Source of the DNA: a virus
Lineage: Duplodnaviria; Heunggongvirae; Uroviricota; Caudoviricetes
Direction: 5' to 3' (one strand)
DNA length: 49,037 nt
Virus record (IMG/VR): IMGVR_UViG_2660238147_000004
Location: 1-49,037 of that record
This document shows positions 18,174 through 28,873 of the stretch, piece after piece. A program made the position numbers and the translations under genes. The notes below the pieces were generated by a model. That model did not search any database. It saw nothing but the letters and a program-made list of their open reading frames with translations, and was not told where the DNA came from. Positions within the stretch are counted from its first letter, which is position 1; every line of letters starts with the position of its first letter.

Positions 18174-21100
18174 AGCCGCGACCAGCAGGCATATCAATAA
18201 CACCACTGTAAACCAGCGTATTATCCATCGCGGTACGGTTATAAATTTCAGCACCGTTTTTCTTCACTATCAGGCGGCATGACGAATAAGTATCGCTGTT
18301 CTCCCGCTCATGTCTGGCACCGCTGAAAGCCACCGCCGGAATAACAATCTGCCGGTTAAACGGCTGATCGTCATAAACCCTGACGGTAATGGTTCCTGAT
18401 GGCCAACGCTTCGGTGCACGGGAGTCACGAGGGAAAGCCTTACCCACTGTTTTAACGAGATCGCCTTCAATCTGGTTTGCAGACAGTTTCCCTCTGATGA
18501 CACAGTTCTCGTTAATGGTGACATTATTGAGCGTGCCGGTATTCGCCGTGATGGCTCCACTGATATCCGCATTGCGGGCTGTCAGCCTGCCATCCGGCGT
18601 CAGGGAAAACGTCGGAGGATTGCCGGATGACGTGATGCTCACCGCAAACAGTCGCTTCAGGAACACGTCGTTCATGAACAGCTGATTCCCCTGCGCCACA
18701 AACAGCGGCGTGGTGTTGCCGTTCTCCGGGGTAATCATCGCAATGCGATCGGCCTGCAGCAGAATGTTACTCAGGGTCTGACCATCAACATCCTCAATCC
18801 CCGCACCAATCCCGGCCACATAGGGAATACCGTTTTTTGTTTTCTGCACCTTCAGCATATACATGGCATTCAGCTCATTGCGCGTGTCTGACTGAACCCG
18901 CTGGATTTGCTGTATGGTCACGGCCTGGTCACCCAGCTTTTTATCCGTGGTCGAGGTAATTTCACTCCCTTTTTTATCCACGTACTGGCGGACCTGTGCT
19001 ATCTGTCGGGCGTTTTCTGACTGCCCCTGGCTGACAGTCTGTGAGATTTCACTGCTCACCCGGTCCACTTTCTGGCTCACCTGCGCGATGGCCAGTGTCT
19101 GATCCTCATTCTTTTTCGCAACCAGCTGCGTGAGGCTGTTTTCCGCCTTCCCGATTTTCCGGGTCACTTCTGCGATATCCGTGTCCATCCGCTGACGGAT
19201 ATCTTCTTCCAGTTGCGTGACCTCCGTACGCAGCGCTGAAGCATCAATGCGCTCTTTCAGTGCCTGACCCAGAAGCGTCTCATCTATCAGCCCCCGGAAA
19301 ATTTCCAGATACCCTTCACCATCATTGCTGGGCTGCCCGCTGGCTTCCACAAAAGCAGATTTTCCCACCAGGTTGACGCTTCGCACGTAAAACCAGAAAT
19401 CCGTACCCGGCTTAATCCGGCTCCCCTGGACAGTCCACTGACTGCCGGTCCCCAGATAACGGGCAGATTTTTCCACCTGTGCTGTGTTCGTGATGCGTTT
19501 TTCTGAGAACCAGAATTCAAACTGTACCGTCGGGTCATACACCGCAAGACGCGGGACCGCCGTTATCTGAAAATACCCCGGCGTCAGCTCAATGGTGGCG
19601 GGTTTTGCAGGTGCGTTAATCCGGAACGATACCGACGCCGGATCGCCCTGCTGTCCCCGGGCATTTACCGCCCGGACCGTCAGCGTGTAACGCCCCAGCG
19701 CCAGCTGCCTGAAGCGGTAAGTGGTTTCCGCCGTCCGGGCCGTGCTGACCAGCCGCTCACTGCCGTCATCCGCTGTTACGGTCAGACGGAGCAGGAAGCT
19801 CACGCCCTTCACCACCTTCGGCGTGTCCCAGCGCGCCAGCACCTGATATTCCCCGCTGTCTGCGGTGACTTCGGCGGTCAGGTGCTGCACCGCTGGCGGC
19901 GTGACACCATTCACCGTGCCGCTCTGGTCGCCGTCAAAGTGCGCTCCGTTATCCACGATGGCCTCTTTTTCCGGTACATGCTGCACGGCGGTGATGGCAT
20001 ACGCACCGTCATCGTTCTCCCGGATACTCACACAGCGGAACAGGCGCTGGCGCAGCGTCGGCAGCTTCAGCCCCCACACGCTGTATTCGGCAACGCCGTC
20101 AGGAATACGGCTCACTTTCACCTTCACGCCGTCGGTGACGGACTGGACCTCCACGCTGACCGGATTCCCACTTCCGTCAACCAGGCTTATCAGCGTGGTG
20201 CCGGAGGATGACAGCATGATTTCACGGTCGAGCGTCAGCGTCCGGGTCTGGCTGTTCACCGCCAGCACGCGCCCGCCGGTGCTGATACCGGCATAGTCAT
20301 CATCACAGATTTCAATGACATCGCCCGGAACATGGCGAAGCCCTTCTGCGCCGACGCTGAAGTCCACGGTCTGCGTTTCCAGCAGTTCTGTTTTAATCAG
20401 CCACAGCCCGGCGCGGTGTGCCTGCCCCCGGCTGGTACAGCCAAAGGCATCCATCTTCGTGACGTTACGACCGTAACGGGCAATGGCCTGCGTGTCCTCC
20501 ACAAGCTCTGTTGCCGTCTCCCAGCCGTTATCCGGGTCAATCCAGTTCACCTCAACGGCATTATGGCGGTCTTTCAGGGCGCTGAAGCTGTAGCGGAACG
20601 GCGCGCCATCATCCGGCATCACCACATTACTGCGGTTATAGGTCCACACCTTATCCGACGGTCGGTCCTGCACGAATGTCAGCGTCTGCCCGTTCCATAC
20701 CGGCATACAGCGCATCGCCGAGCAAAAATCACTGAGCACATCCCACGCCTTGCGCTGTGTGGTCAGGTACGCATTACAGGTGATGCGCGGCTCCGTGCCG
20801 CCAAAGCCGTCCGGCACTGACTGGTCGCAGTACTGGCCGATGACATACAGCGCCCATTTATCCACATCCGCTGCACCAAGACGTTTCCCCATGCCGTAGC
20901 GCGGATGGGTCAGCATATCCCACAGACACCAGGCCATGTTGTTGCTGTATGCCGGTTTAAACGTTCCGTCCCAGATACCGCTGTATTGCCGCGTCTGCGG
21001 GTTATAATTCGACGGCACCTGCAGAATACGCCCGCGCAGATGATAATTACGGCTCACCTGCTGGCTGCCGAACTGTTCCGAGTCCACCTGTACGCCGACC

Positions 21101-21750
21101 AGTGCCGTGTTCGGGTAGCACTGTTTCACATCGATGATTTCGGTGTATGACGACCAGAGCGTTTTGTTCTGCAGCTGGTCTGTGGTGCTGTCCGGCGTCA
21201 TCCTGCGCATCCGGATATTAAACGGGCGCGGCGGCAGGTTATCCACCACCACCGAGGCCAGATACTGCGAGGTGGTTTTGCCTTTAATGGTGATGTCTTT
21301 TTCCGTCACCCAGCCACCATTACGCTGTATCTGAACCAGCAGGCGGACTTCCGACGGATTCCGGTCACCCTTTGAGGTGGTTTCCACCAGTGCCTGCACA
21401 CCGAAGGTAAAGCGCAGACGGTCGATGTTTGCCGACGTGATGGTGCGGGTGATCGGCGTGTCATATTTCACTTCTGTACCGAGCACCGTCTCGGAGCCGG
21501 AGGATTCAAAACCTTCCGGCGGTGTCTGCTCCTGCTCACCTGCCCGGAACACCACCGTGACGCCGGAGATGTTGGTATTCCCCTCACTGTCCAGCACCGG
21601 CGTACTGTTCAGCAGCACGCTTTTTAATCCATCCACCGGACCTTCAATCGGCCCTTCGCTGATGGCATCAATCACACTCAGCAGTTGCGTGGACTTCAGG
21701 TTGTCCTTCGCTTCGCGCGGGGTATGCCCCTTACTGCTTCCTTTGCCCAT
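17878..21750 (-). CDS. J: host specificity protein J, copy B: lambda-like N-terminus, lacks the last ~40 codons and reads out of frame into the K' fragment
   Basis: [45 protein letters not shown]... as in lambda J (recalled); J-derived sequence ends near 18175, after which the ORF runs in a non-K frame to 17878. Confidence 0.8.
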
Positions 21751-21810
21751 TCGTCATGCTCCATAAACGACAAAACCGCCCGGAGGCGGTTTCACATGAA
21801 ATATTTTGCA

Positions 21811-22458
21811 TCAGCGGCCAATCACCACAACCTGACCACCGTCCCCTTCATCTGCCGTGCTGATCTCCTGAGAAACCACACGAGACCCCACGCGCATTTC
21901 ACCGTACAGAACAGGCAGAACATTGCCCTGGGCAACCATGTTATCCAGTGATGAGAAATAGGTGTTCTGCTTACCGTTATCCGTGCTGGTCGCTGTGGGC
22001 GTCCGGGCTTTCGGTGCCAGCATCTGGGCCACACCACCCAGGATCATACTGGCCCCTGCCGCATACATGCCCGATACAGCCGCGGCACCCAGCCAGCCCA
22101 CAGGGTTCCACCATGCCACCGCAATCAGCGCCGCCCCCAGCACCACCTGAAACACACCGCCACTTTTAGCTCCCGCCAGACGCGGCACGATGTGGATCAC
22201 GGCACCATTTGCCAGCGGCTCATTAAGACGGGCAGATAATTCGGTTTCACCTGCATCACGCCCGGCAATGCGCACCTGATACCAGCCGTCATTCAGTTTC
22301 TGACGAAACGCCGGGAGCTGTGTGGACAACGCCCGGATGGCTTCAGCCCCCGTTTTTACACGAAGGTCGATGCGGCGGCCAAATCGTTGTAAATCCCCGT
22401 AAAGGCAGATGCGTGCCATGCCCGGTGACGCCAGAGGGAGTGTGTGCGTCGCTGCCAT
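21811..22458 (-). CDS. I: tail assembly protein I, copy B (lambda-like, 215 aa)
   Basis: MAATHTLPLASPGMARICLYGDLQRFGRRIDLRVKTGAEAIRAL... closely matches lambda gpI as recalled. Confidence 0.9.
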   Translation of the reverse strand: MAATHTLPLASPGMARICLYGDLQRFGRRIDLRVKTGAEAIRALSTQLPAFRQKLNDGWYQVRIAGRDAGETELSARLNEPLANGAVIHIVPRLAGAKSGGVFQVVLGAALIAVAWWNPVGWLGAAAVSGMYAAGASMILGGVAQMLAPKARTPTATSTDNGKQNTYFSSLDNMVAQGNVLPVLYGEMRVGSRVVSQEISTADEGDGGQVVVIGR

Positions 22459-23099
22459 TTGTCGGTATACCTCTCTCGTTTGCTCAGTTGTTCAGGAATA
22501 TGGTGCAACAGCTCACCGTCGCCGCAGTAAATGGCGGCATGATTCGGCACCGATGAACCAAAACAGCACAGCAGCACATCGCCCGGCTGCGCCGCTGACA
22601 ACGGCACCTGATACAGCCCTGTGGCCTCCAGATTATCCAGATAGAGATTCTGGCCGTTACACCACCAGTCATCCTCACGATGAAAGTCCGGCATCTCAAT
22701 CCCCGCCAGATGATAAGCATCCCGGAACAGCGTGTAACAGTCCGTCGCCCCGTGCTCAAAGCGCCGCCCGGTAAGATGCGGCACACAGCGGAATTTATGA
22801 ATCTCACCCCGGCAGACCAGCCACCAAGGCAAATCGCTCTGCACCTGCAGCCGCCTGTCAGCCTCACTCAGCCAGGGCAGGCCACCGGGGTGGCTGTGGA
22901 CCAGCGCCACAATCTCACCCTGCATCTCTGCCCGCAGCCAGTCCTCCGGCGACATCCGGAAATACGCCTCCGGCTCACCGGAGATATTCACGCAGGGAAA
23001 ATATCTTTCCCCTTCCGGCGTTCTCACCACGAAGCCGCACGACTCCGCTGGCGCACATCGCCGGGCGTGCGCCAGAATCGCTGATTCTGTCTGTGTCAT
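22356..23099 (-). CDS. K: tail assembly protein K (NlpC/P60 + JAB/MPN-like)
   Basis: Start moved to ATG at 23099; AHARRCAPAESCGFV...HSHPGG... motif of lambda gpK. Confidence 0.9.
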   Translation of the reverse strand: MTQTESAILAHARRCAPAESCGFVVRTPEGERYFPCVNISGEPEAYFRMSPEDWLRAEMQGEIVALVHSHPGGLPWLSEADRRLQVQSDLPWWLVCRGEIHKFRCVPHLTGRRFEHGATDCYTLFRDAYHLAGIEMPDFHREDDWWCNGQNLYLDNLEATGLYQVPLSAAQPGDVLLCCFGSSVPNHAAIYCGDGELLHHIPEQLSKRERYTDKWQRRTHSLWRHRAWHASAFTGIYNDLAAASTFV

Positions 23100-23103
23100 G
23101 GGA

Positions 23104-23802
23104 TTACTGCGAAAGTTTGTTAATGGAAAGGAAGCCGCCAAAGTTGCCGACGTTATTGCGAAACTTACAGCCGCTCAGGCATTTGCTGCATTTATCCTTC
23201 GTGATATCGGACGTCGGCTGGTCATATTCATCCGCAACCGCCGGACCGTGATAACCGCACTCATCACCGCGATAGGTCCAGGTGCAGGTGTTGGCCAGCA
23301 TGGTACGTCCCGGAAAAACAGCACCATCCGTTTCCGTCGGCGTGGACAGTACAAAAGAGGCACTCACCGCGCTCAGTTCGCTGCACTGCTCGATGCGCCA
23401 GCGGCTGATCACCTCCTGCTCTGGATCGGCTTCGCTGTTTCCGTTGACGAAGTTCACCACATCCAGAAAACGGGCGTAAACCTTACGCCTGACCACCGTT
23501 CCGCCGACCAGACTCTGCAGGTCTTCCGCCATCCCGGTGACCATGCCGTGCAGATTAGAGACTTTCAGCGTTGGCCTTGCACTGGCTCCTTTGCCGTTCA
23601 TCTCAAATCCACTTCCCTGAATGGGATAGGCCTGATACTGCCGCCCCTGCCAGGTGACTGGTTCACCTTTTTCGTTCTGCTCATTACAGAAGAAATAACG
23701 ATCTCCGCCGACCTCTGTCAGATCAATTTCCCAGAGCACGACCAGCGCGGATTGCTCCGTTTTAGTGCACTCATTGAGTGTTTCCTGCTGTATATCCTGC
23801 AT
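23104..23802 (-). CDS. L: minor tail protein L
   Basis: MQDIQQETLNECTKTEQSALVVLWEIDLTEVGG... and C-terminal Cys cluster as in lambda gpL. Confidence 0.9.
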   Translation of the reverse strand: MQDIQQETLNECTKTEQSALVVLWEIDLTEVGGDRYFFCNEQNEKGEPVTWQGRQYQAYPIQGSGFEMNGKGASARPTLKVSNLHGMVTGMAEDLQSLVGGTVVRRKVYARFLDVVNFVNGNSEADPEQEVISRWRIEQCSELSAVSASFVLSTPTETDGAVFPGRTMLANTCTWTYRGDECGYHGPAVADEYDQPTSDITKDKCSKCLSGCKFRNNVGNFGGFLSINKLSQ

Positions 23803-24101
23803 CAGTGAGTGACCTCTTCAAAGGTACAGTTAAAATCGGTATACATGGCATTATCCGAAATGCTCCACTCCCTGCAGACAACCCGGACAGTCCTGTTGTG
23901 TTTTGGCGGACGCCACAAAAAAGCACGAACCCCGGCATGACGGGATAAAAAACTGTCCAGCGCGGCACGGGAATATTCATCCGTGACACGAAATACCGGT
24001 TTAAACGTTTTCAGATCTGCATTCAGACCACCAGCCCGTCGCTGTTCATATCCGTCACCGAACTTTACCGTAATAACAGATGGCTTTCGTGTCGTCTCCA
24101 T
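23802..24101 (-). CDS. M: minor tail protein M
   Basis: Start moved to ATG at 24101 (the track ORF begins at a TTG at 24188); ...FGDGYEQRRAGGLNADLKT...FLWRPP... resembles lambda gpM. Confidence 0.8.
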   Translation of the reverse strand: METTRKPSVITVKFGDGYEQRRAGGLNADLKTFKPVFRVTDEYSRAALDSFLSRHAGVRAFLWRPPKHNRTVRVVCREWSISDNAMYTDFNCTFEEVTH

Positions 24102-24135
24102 CCCCTCGCGGGGGATCCAGTTAAAAACTTCAGAC

Positions 24136-27100
24136 TCAGGCACTGCATAATCCTCCGTCCCGACGTGATGACTGCATAATTGACACAACCCTGCTGTCGA
24201 TCAGATCCACCAGTCCCCTGGCTGAGCGCGCATCTATCTCGCCATTGCTCCCTTGATTCTGAATGCTGATGTGATACACGGGAGAATAAACAAATCCACC
24301 GCCACCATTCACATTTCCAATGGCCCTGACCCCAAGAGAGCCGTCCGCTGCCCGTGTCAGTGGCATGATTGCTTCAGGCCCGGCCTCGCCCATCAGCCCG
24401 GCACCTTTCGCAAAAGCAAAATACGTCGGGGTATCCACAATGGTGTTACTGTAAGCACTCAGATTTGCCGATGTATAAACACCACCTTTTGCGTTTGCCA
24501 CTGCACCGGAAAGCCAGTCGCCGACTGTACCAAGCCATCCTCCGGCACCGGACATGCTTTTGGAAAGTGACTTCAGCCCGTTAACGATGGCAGCGTTCAT
24601 CAGAATTTTTGAAACTTCCTGGAGAATTGAACTCCCCCAGTTTCTCCAGTCCACAACATTTCCGGCCAGTGCATCGGAAATATTTGATACCAGCCCGTCC
24701 ATAGTGGAAACGACAGCATCTGCCGCCTGCGAAGCATAATCGGTGGCACTGTCTGCCCAGTTCGTCAGTCCCTCCTGGAGTCCGGCATTCCAGTTACTGC
24801 GTAAAGCATCAGCCTTTGCATAATAATCCTGCTGATCGCTGAGACGCTCTTCCAGATATTTTTCATTCAGAGATTTTTCCTGTTTCCACAGGGCTTCTTC
24901 AATTTCTCCGGCCTGATACTGTCTCAGTAGCTCGTTATTTTTCTGCTCAAACTCCTGCCGGATGCTCCACATTTCCTGAAGTCGTTCACGCATCCGTGAG
25001 CCTTCACCATATCCCAGTAACTGAGCCTCATTTGATGCTCTGACACTGGCATTACTGTCCGCCAGACTGCTCTCATACGCAGCAAGCTGCTCACGAATCT
25101 TTTTCTGGTCGATGAGTGCTGCATTCTGCAAAAGCGTTTTTTTCTGCGCTTCTGACAGGGTTGATAATTCGCCCTGGCTGACCTGATATTTCATCTTAGC
25201 CAGTTCAGTATTCTGCCCTGCCAGTGCTATTTGCTCTTTTTGCTGTTTAATCAGTTGCTTATAAGTATCTTCTATTTTTTCCGCTTCGGTCTTTTTATGC
25301 GCTTTGGGTTTATTTGCCTGGTTATTTCGCCATGCATCCAGTGAGTTATTTATATAATTCAGTCTTGCTGTCTGATACGCCTCTCCCACAAAGCCGAGAT
25401 CATCCGCAGCATAACCCAGGCGGGCACGCTCACGAGCTTCCCCCTTCAGGCGGGACAGAGCCAGTTCGCGCTCGCTGTTATTCAGTGCGGTCTGCTGTTT
25501 ATCATCCAGGGTTGCCTGTGGTAGCCGTAACGGTACATTCACCAGCCCCTGTCGCTGCTGAAGTAATTCATTACCGAGCCCGAGAAGGCGATTAAACTCG
25601 GTATGCTGCCCATTCATGATCAACAGGGACTGATACGCTTTGTTTTGTTCCGCTGCCTGTTGACGGATCAACGCCACCCGTCGCTCCTCCAGCCCGGCAA
25701 GCACATCCTGAATGGATTGCGCTTTGCCCTGCATTTGAGTGAGGCGAGACTGTTCAACTGCCAGTTGATTTGTTGCTTCTGCAAGCCCTTCTGTGACAGT
25801 TTTTACCGACGTCATGTGGTTAATCATAAAACCGTTATCGGTTGTCCAGCCCGGGTTTGCCAGCACATACTGATAGCCAGCAATTTTTTCCTGTAAGGAT
25901 TTAATCTTACTTTTCTGCTCGTCAATTAACCTGTTTTGCTCCTTCAGTGCCTGTCGCGTCTTTTCCTCATTATCTGACGCTTCAGGAAGCGACATTGCCG
26001 ACGTTTTCTGGCGAATTTCGTCGATTGTTGCGGCATACTGTCGTGCAGATTCTCTGGCCTGCTCCTGATTCTGATACATCGTGTACCAGGCCGCAGCCCC
26101 CAGCATGACGAGTCCCGGCACACCACCAACCAGCCCCAGCGCGCCACTTAATAAACGACTCCCCACTGACGTAACATTATTCAGCGTTGTCTGTGCCGCT
26201 GTTCTGGCCGCAATATTACGGGTAAGTGACACCTGGGCAGCTGTCAGCTTCGCTTCTGCTGCGGCCTGCCTTTCGGTACCGCGAGCAGCAACAACCGCCT
26301 GTTGCGCACGATAAACCGCCGCACGCGCCCTGGCGGTTGCTATCTGTGTCCCCCGAAGTTGCACTTCAGCAAGAGCCACTTCGTTTCTGGCTGCAGTAAT
26401 TAATCCGGCAGTTGCAGATCCAGCAGACGACGCCATATTGCCAAAATATCGGGCTACCCCGACGGCAACCAGAGCACCAGCAGCGGTTGCCACGGTGTCA
26501 ATATTGCCTGCAATACCATTCAGCACACCGGAGAGCGTCTTCGTCACTCCGCTTGCCTCGTTCGCACCACCAACCCAGGCCATAAAGGCGTTTTCAACTT
26601 TGGTTGCAGAGGATGAAACCGTATCAGGCATTGCTGCATATTCATCACGCAACGCCCCAAGCTGACTAATCAGTGCAGGAACAACCTTATCGGCGGTCAG
26701 TTTTCCGTTATCCGCCATGGCCTTCAGATCCTTACGGGCAACCCCCATTCCCGCAGCCAGCGCACGAATAACACGATCGCCGTTCTCATTCACCGAGTTA
26801 AACTCTTCACCGCGCAGCACTCCCTGCGCCAGTGCCTGACTGAACTGCGTGATCACCGAACTGGCTTCTGCTGTACTGGCACCGGATAATTTCAGGCCCG
26901 TGGAGATCGCCTCGGTGACTTTCAGTACCTCCTCAGAACTGTAACCATACTCCCGCATGGAAGCTGCAGAACGGGCAAAAAGGCTGGCGTTATCAGAAAA
27001 CGCCGTCCCCGTTCTCTGGCTGATCGCCATTAATTCACGCTGTGATGACTGAAAATCATCACTGGACTGTGAGGCCTGCTTCAGACGGGCATTTACTGAA

Positions 27101-27381
27101 TTCCACTCATCGGCGAGAGAAATAAGATGACCGGTAGCAAAAGCCCCGGCAAATGCCCCCGCCATGTTCAGTGCCGAAGATTTAGCTGTATTTATCTGAT
27201 CCGTCACTTCTGCCAGTGCACGCCGCATTTCACGGGATGCAGCAGCGGACTGTCGGCCTCCGTTCTGCATGGTACGGTAGTAATCCTGCCCCATACGCGA
27301 AGCCCGGGAGATCTCTGACTGGAATGACCGGGAATTTGCCGAGATTTTAATAATCAGTTCACGTAATGTCGCCACACTCAT
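24136..27381 (-). CDS. tail tape measure protein (1081 aa)
   Basis: Very long Ala/Gln-rich coiled-coil ORF between the G/T and M genes. Confidence 0.9.
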   Translation of the reverse strand: MSVATLRELIIKISANSRSFQSEISRASRMGQDYYRTMQNGGRQSAAASREMRRALAEVTDQINTAKSSALNMAGAFAGAFATGHLISLADEWNSVNARLKQASQSSDDFQSSQRELMAISQRTGTAFSDNASLFARSAASMREYGYSSEEVLKVTEAISTGLKLSGASTAEASSVITQFSQALAQGVLRGEEFNSVNENGDRVIRALAAGMGVARKDLKAMADNGKLTADKVVPALISQLGALRDEYAAMPDTVSSSATKVENAFMAWVGGANEASGVTKTLSGVLNGIAGNIDTVATAAGALVAVGVARYFGNMASSAGSATAGLITAARNEVALAEVQLRGTQIATARARAAVYRAQQAVVAARGTERQAAAEAKLTAAQVSLTRNIAARTAAQTTLNNVTSVGSRLLSGALGLVGGVPGLVMLGAAAWYTMYQNQEQARESARQYAATIDEIRQKTSAMSLPEASDNEEKTRQALKEQNRLIDEQKSKIKSLQEKIAGYQYVLANPGWTTDNGFMINHMTSVKTVTEGLAEATNQLAVEQSRLTQMQGKAQSIQDVLAGLEERRVALIRQQAAEQNKAYQSLLIMNGQHTEFNRLLGLGNELLQQRQGLVNVPLRLPQATLDDKQQTALNNSERELALSRLKGEARERARLGYAADDLGFVGEAYQTARLNYINNSLDAWRNNQANKPKAHKKTEAEKIEDTYKQLIKQQKEQIALAGQNTELAKMKYQVSQGELSTLSEAQKKTLLQNAALIDQKKIREQLAAYESSLADSNASVRASNEAQLLGYGEGSRMRERLQEMWSIRQEFEQKNNELLRQYQAGEIEEALWKQEKSLNEKYLEERLSDQQDYYAKADALRSNWNAGLQEGLTNWADSATDYASQAADAVVSTMDGLVSNISDALAGNVVDWRNWGSSILQEVSKILMNAAIVNGLKSLSKSMSGAGGWLGTVGDWLSGAVANAKGGVYTSANLSAYSNTIVDTPTYFAFAKGAGLMGEAGPEAIMPLTRAADGSLGVRAIGNVNGGGGFVYSPVYHISIQNQGSNGEIDARSARGLVDLIDSRVVSIMQSSRRDGGLCSA

Positions 27382-27421
27382 TCTCCGGACGAAAAAAAAC
27401 CGCCGAAGCGGTTATGTTGAC

Positions 27422-27712
27422 TCACTGAGACACTATTAAAAGCGCGTTTTCCAGTCCAGCAAATGGATCTGATACGCCTTCTGTCTGCTCCTTCTCCCAC
27501 TGAAGAAGCGCATCATTCAGTGGCACTTTGACCCCCTGCGCACCGTAAACAGCTGAAACAATCTGGGCAGCCCGGATATCAGCCCGTTCGTCCCCCAGCG
27601 GGCTGAACCTGTCAAATTCTGCCCACATCATGATTTCTGATGCGGACATTTCCCGGCGTAACTCTGACAATGTGCGCCCCATCCTGAGCGCCAGCATCAT
27701 CAGAAAACGCAT
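27422..27712 (-). CDS. T: tail assembly protein T (expressed as a G-T fusion by -1 frameshift)
   Basis: In the -1 frame relative to G; ...LRREMSASEIMMWAEF... resembles the gpT domain. Confidence 0.75.
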   Translation of the reverse strand: MRFLMMLALRMGRTLSELRREMSASEIMMWAEFDRFSPLGDERADIRAAQIVSAVYGAQGVKVPLNDALLQWEKEQTEGVSDPFAGLENALLIVSQ

Positions 27713-27723
27713 CCCCGGAAGCG

Positions 27724-28110
27724 CTACTTTTTTTTAACCTCGCCGGCATCACTGATTAGTTCCAGAGACTGCCGAAGAAGCCGCGCATGCACCGGGCCAT
27801 ACACGGCAATCACCTGTTCACGATCATCCTCTGAAAATACAGGTTGCAGTCCGGTATCACACAGAACATCGATGAACAGTTCAACATCCGCTTCCAGATT
27901 TCGGCGGGCGCGCTCCGCAACGGATAACGGTGTCTCATCATCTTTTGCTTTAACGATCTCCTGCCAGCGCAACCAGGCTTCTGCAGAAGGTTCCCGTAAT
28001 ACAACCGTTGCCCCTTCCCATTCAGGCACATCAACAGTTTTATGGCGAAACCCCGACATCGTTGCCAGTGCCAGATTACGGATATTTTTAGTCATCACAT
28101 CTATCCTCAT
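27724..28110 (-). CDS. G: tail assembly chaperone G
   Basis: Position between major tail and T genes; ends in the KKK slippery site; start may be the internal ATG at 28095. Confidence 0.8.
   Translation of the reverse strand: MRIDVMTKNIRNLALATMSGFRHKTVDVPEWEGATVVLREPSAEAWLRWQEIVKAKDDETPLSVAERARRNLEADVELFIDVLCDTGLQPVFSEDDREQVIAVYGPVHARLLRQSLELISDAGEVKKK
27727..27733 (-). promoter_or_regulatory. -1 programmed ribosomal frameshift slippery heptamer A-AAA-AAG at the end of G
   Basis: Minus-strand mRNA reads GTT AAA AAA AAG TAG; the -1 frame is open from the heptamer into T. Confidence 0.7.
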
Positions 28111-28814
28111 TAACTGACGGTAACAGTGCAGGAAGTAGAGGTCACTTTGTTAACCGGGCTTGCTGAATCAGAAATCTCGCAGGTATATGCACCCGCATCA
28201 CCGGATACTGCCGATGCCTTACTGAACGTTGCCGCCGTCTGTCCGGAAACAGGAGAACCACCTTTCTTCCAGACATAAGAATAAGGCGGCACACCACCCG
28301 CAGCCTCAACCGCCATTTCAAGTTTCGATCCGGAAGCAACCCGCAGCGTGCTTTTTAAATCGACCTTCACTTTCAGCGGCTCTGTCGTCAGCACAGGTTT
28401 ACCTTTCAGGCGCAGAGAAAACGTTGCAGCCACAACACCATTGGTTCCTGCAGACCAGGTATGCTGACGCACCTCTGCCATAAAGGTAAATCCGTTGCCT
28501 GACGGAAAAATAACTTTAAAGCCATACGTGGTGTCATTGTCATAGGCACTGCGCAACGCGTTCTGGGCAGCATTGAGGTAAAAGTTGCCTGACATGGAAA
28601 TCTCTGAAGCAGCACCAAGGCCGTTAATATTTTCCTGCTCAACAGAACACAGCGTGGTGACATCAATATCCTGCTTTTGTCCTGCAGTAAACTGCACCTC
28701 TTTGATTGTACAGCTCAGGCCAAGATAGCTGGCAGAATCCAGGGTTTCTGCTGTTACCGGTGCAGACGAAATCATAATTTTCGTCAGTTGCGAACGCTCA
28801 AAATTAGAGGACAT
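28110..28814 (-). CDS. major tail protein with C-terminal Ig-like domain
   Basis: Start moved to ATG at 28814 (AGGAG 7 nt upstream); position upstream of G-T; C-terminal ...GGVPPYSYVWKKGG...AGAYTCEISD... Ig-like repeat. Confidence 0.75.
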   Translation of the reverse strand: MSSNFERSQLTKIMISSAPVTAETLDSASYLGLSCTIKEVQFTAGQKQDIDVTTLCSVEQENINGLGAASEISMSGNFYLNAAQNALRSAYDNDTTYGFKVIFPSGNGFTFMAEVRQHTWSAGTNGVVAATFSLRLKGKPVLTTEPLKVKVDLKSTLRVASGSKLEMAVEAAGGVPPYSYVWKKGGSPVSGQTAATFSKASAVSGDAGAYTCEISDSASPVNKVTSTSCTVTVS

Positions 28815-28826
28815 ACTCGTCTCCTG

Positions 28827-28853
28827 AAAATAAAAAACCCGCCAGCGGCGGGT
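28827..28853 (-). terminator. rho-independent terminator/attenuator upstream of the major tail gene
   Basis: cccgccgctggcggg hairpin followed by UUUUUUAUUUU on the minus-strand transcript. Confidence 0.55.
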
Positions 28854-28873
28854 GGGTAAAATCATTAACGACC

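Noticed and set aside
13263-22783. K-I-J duplication as a pure assembly artefact
   Set aside because: Not rejected outright, but thought less likely because the two copies differ substantially in I and in the N-terminal part of J while sharing only the end blocks; this still needs long-read confirmation
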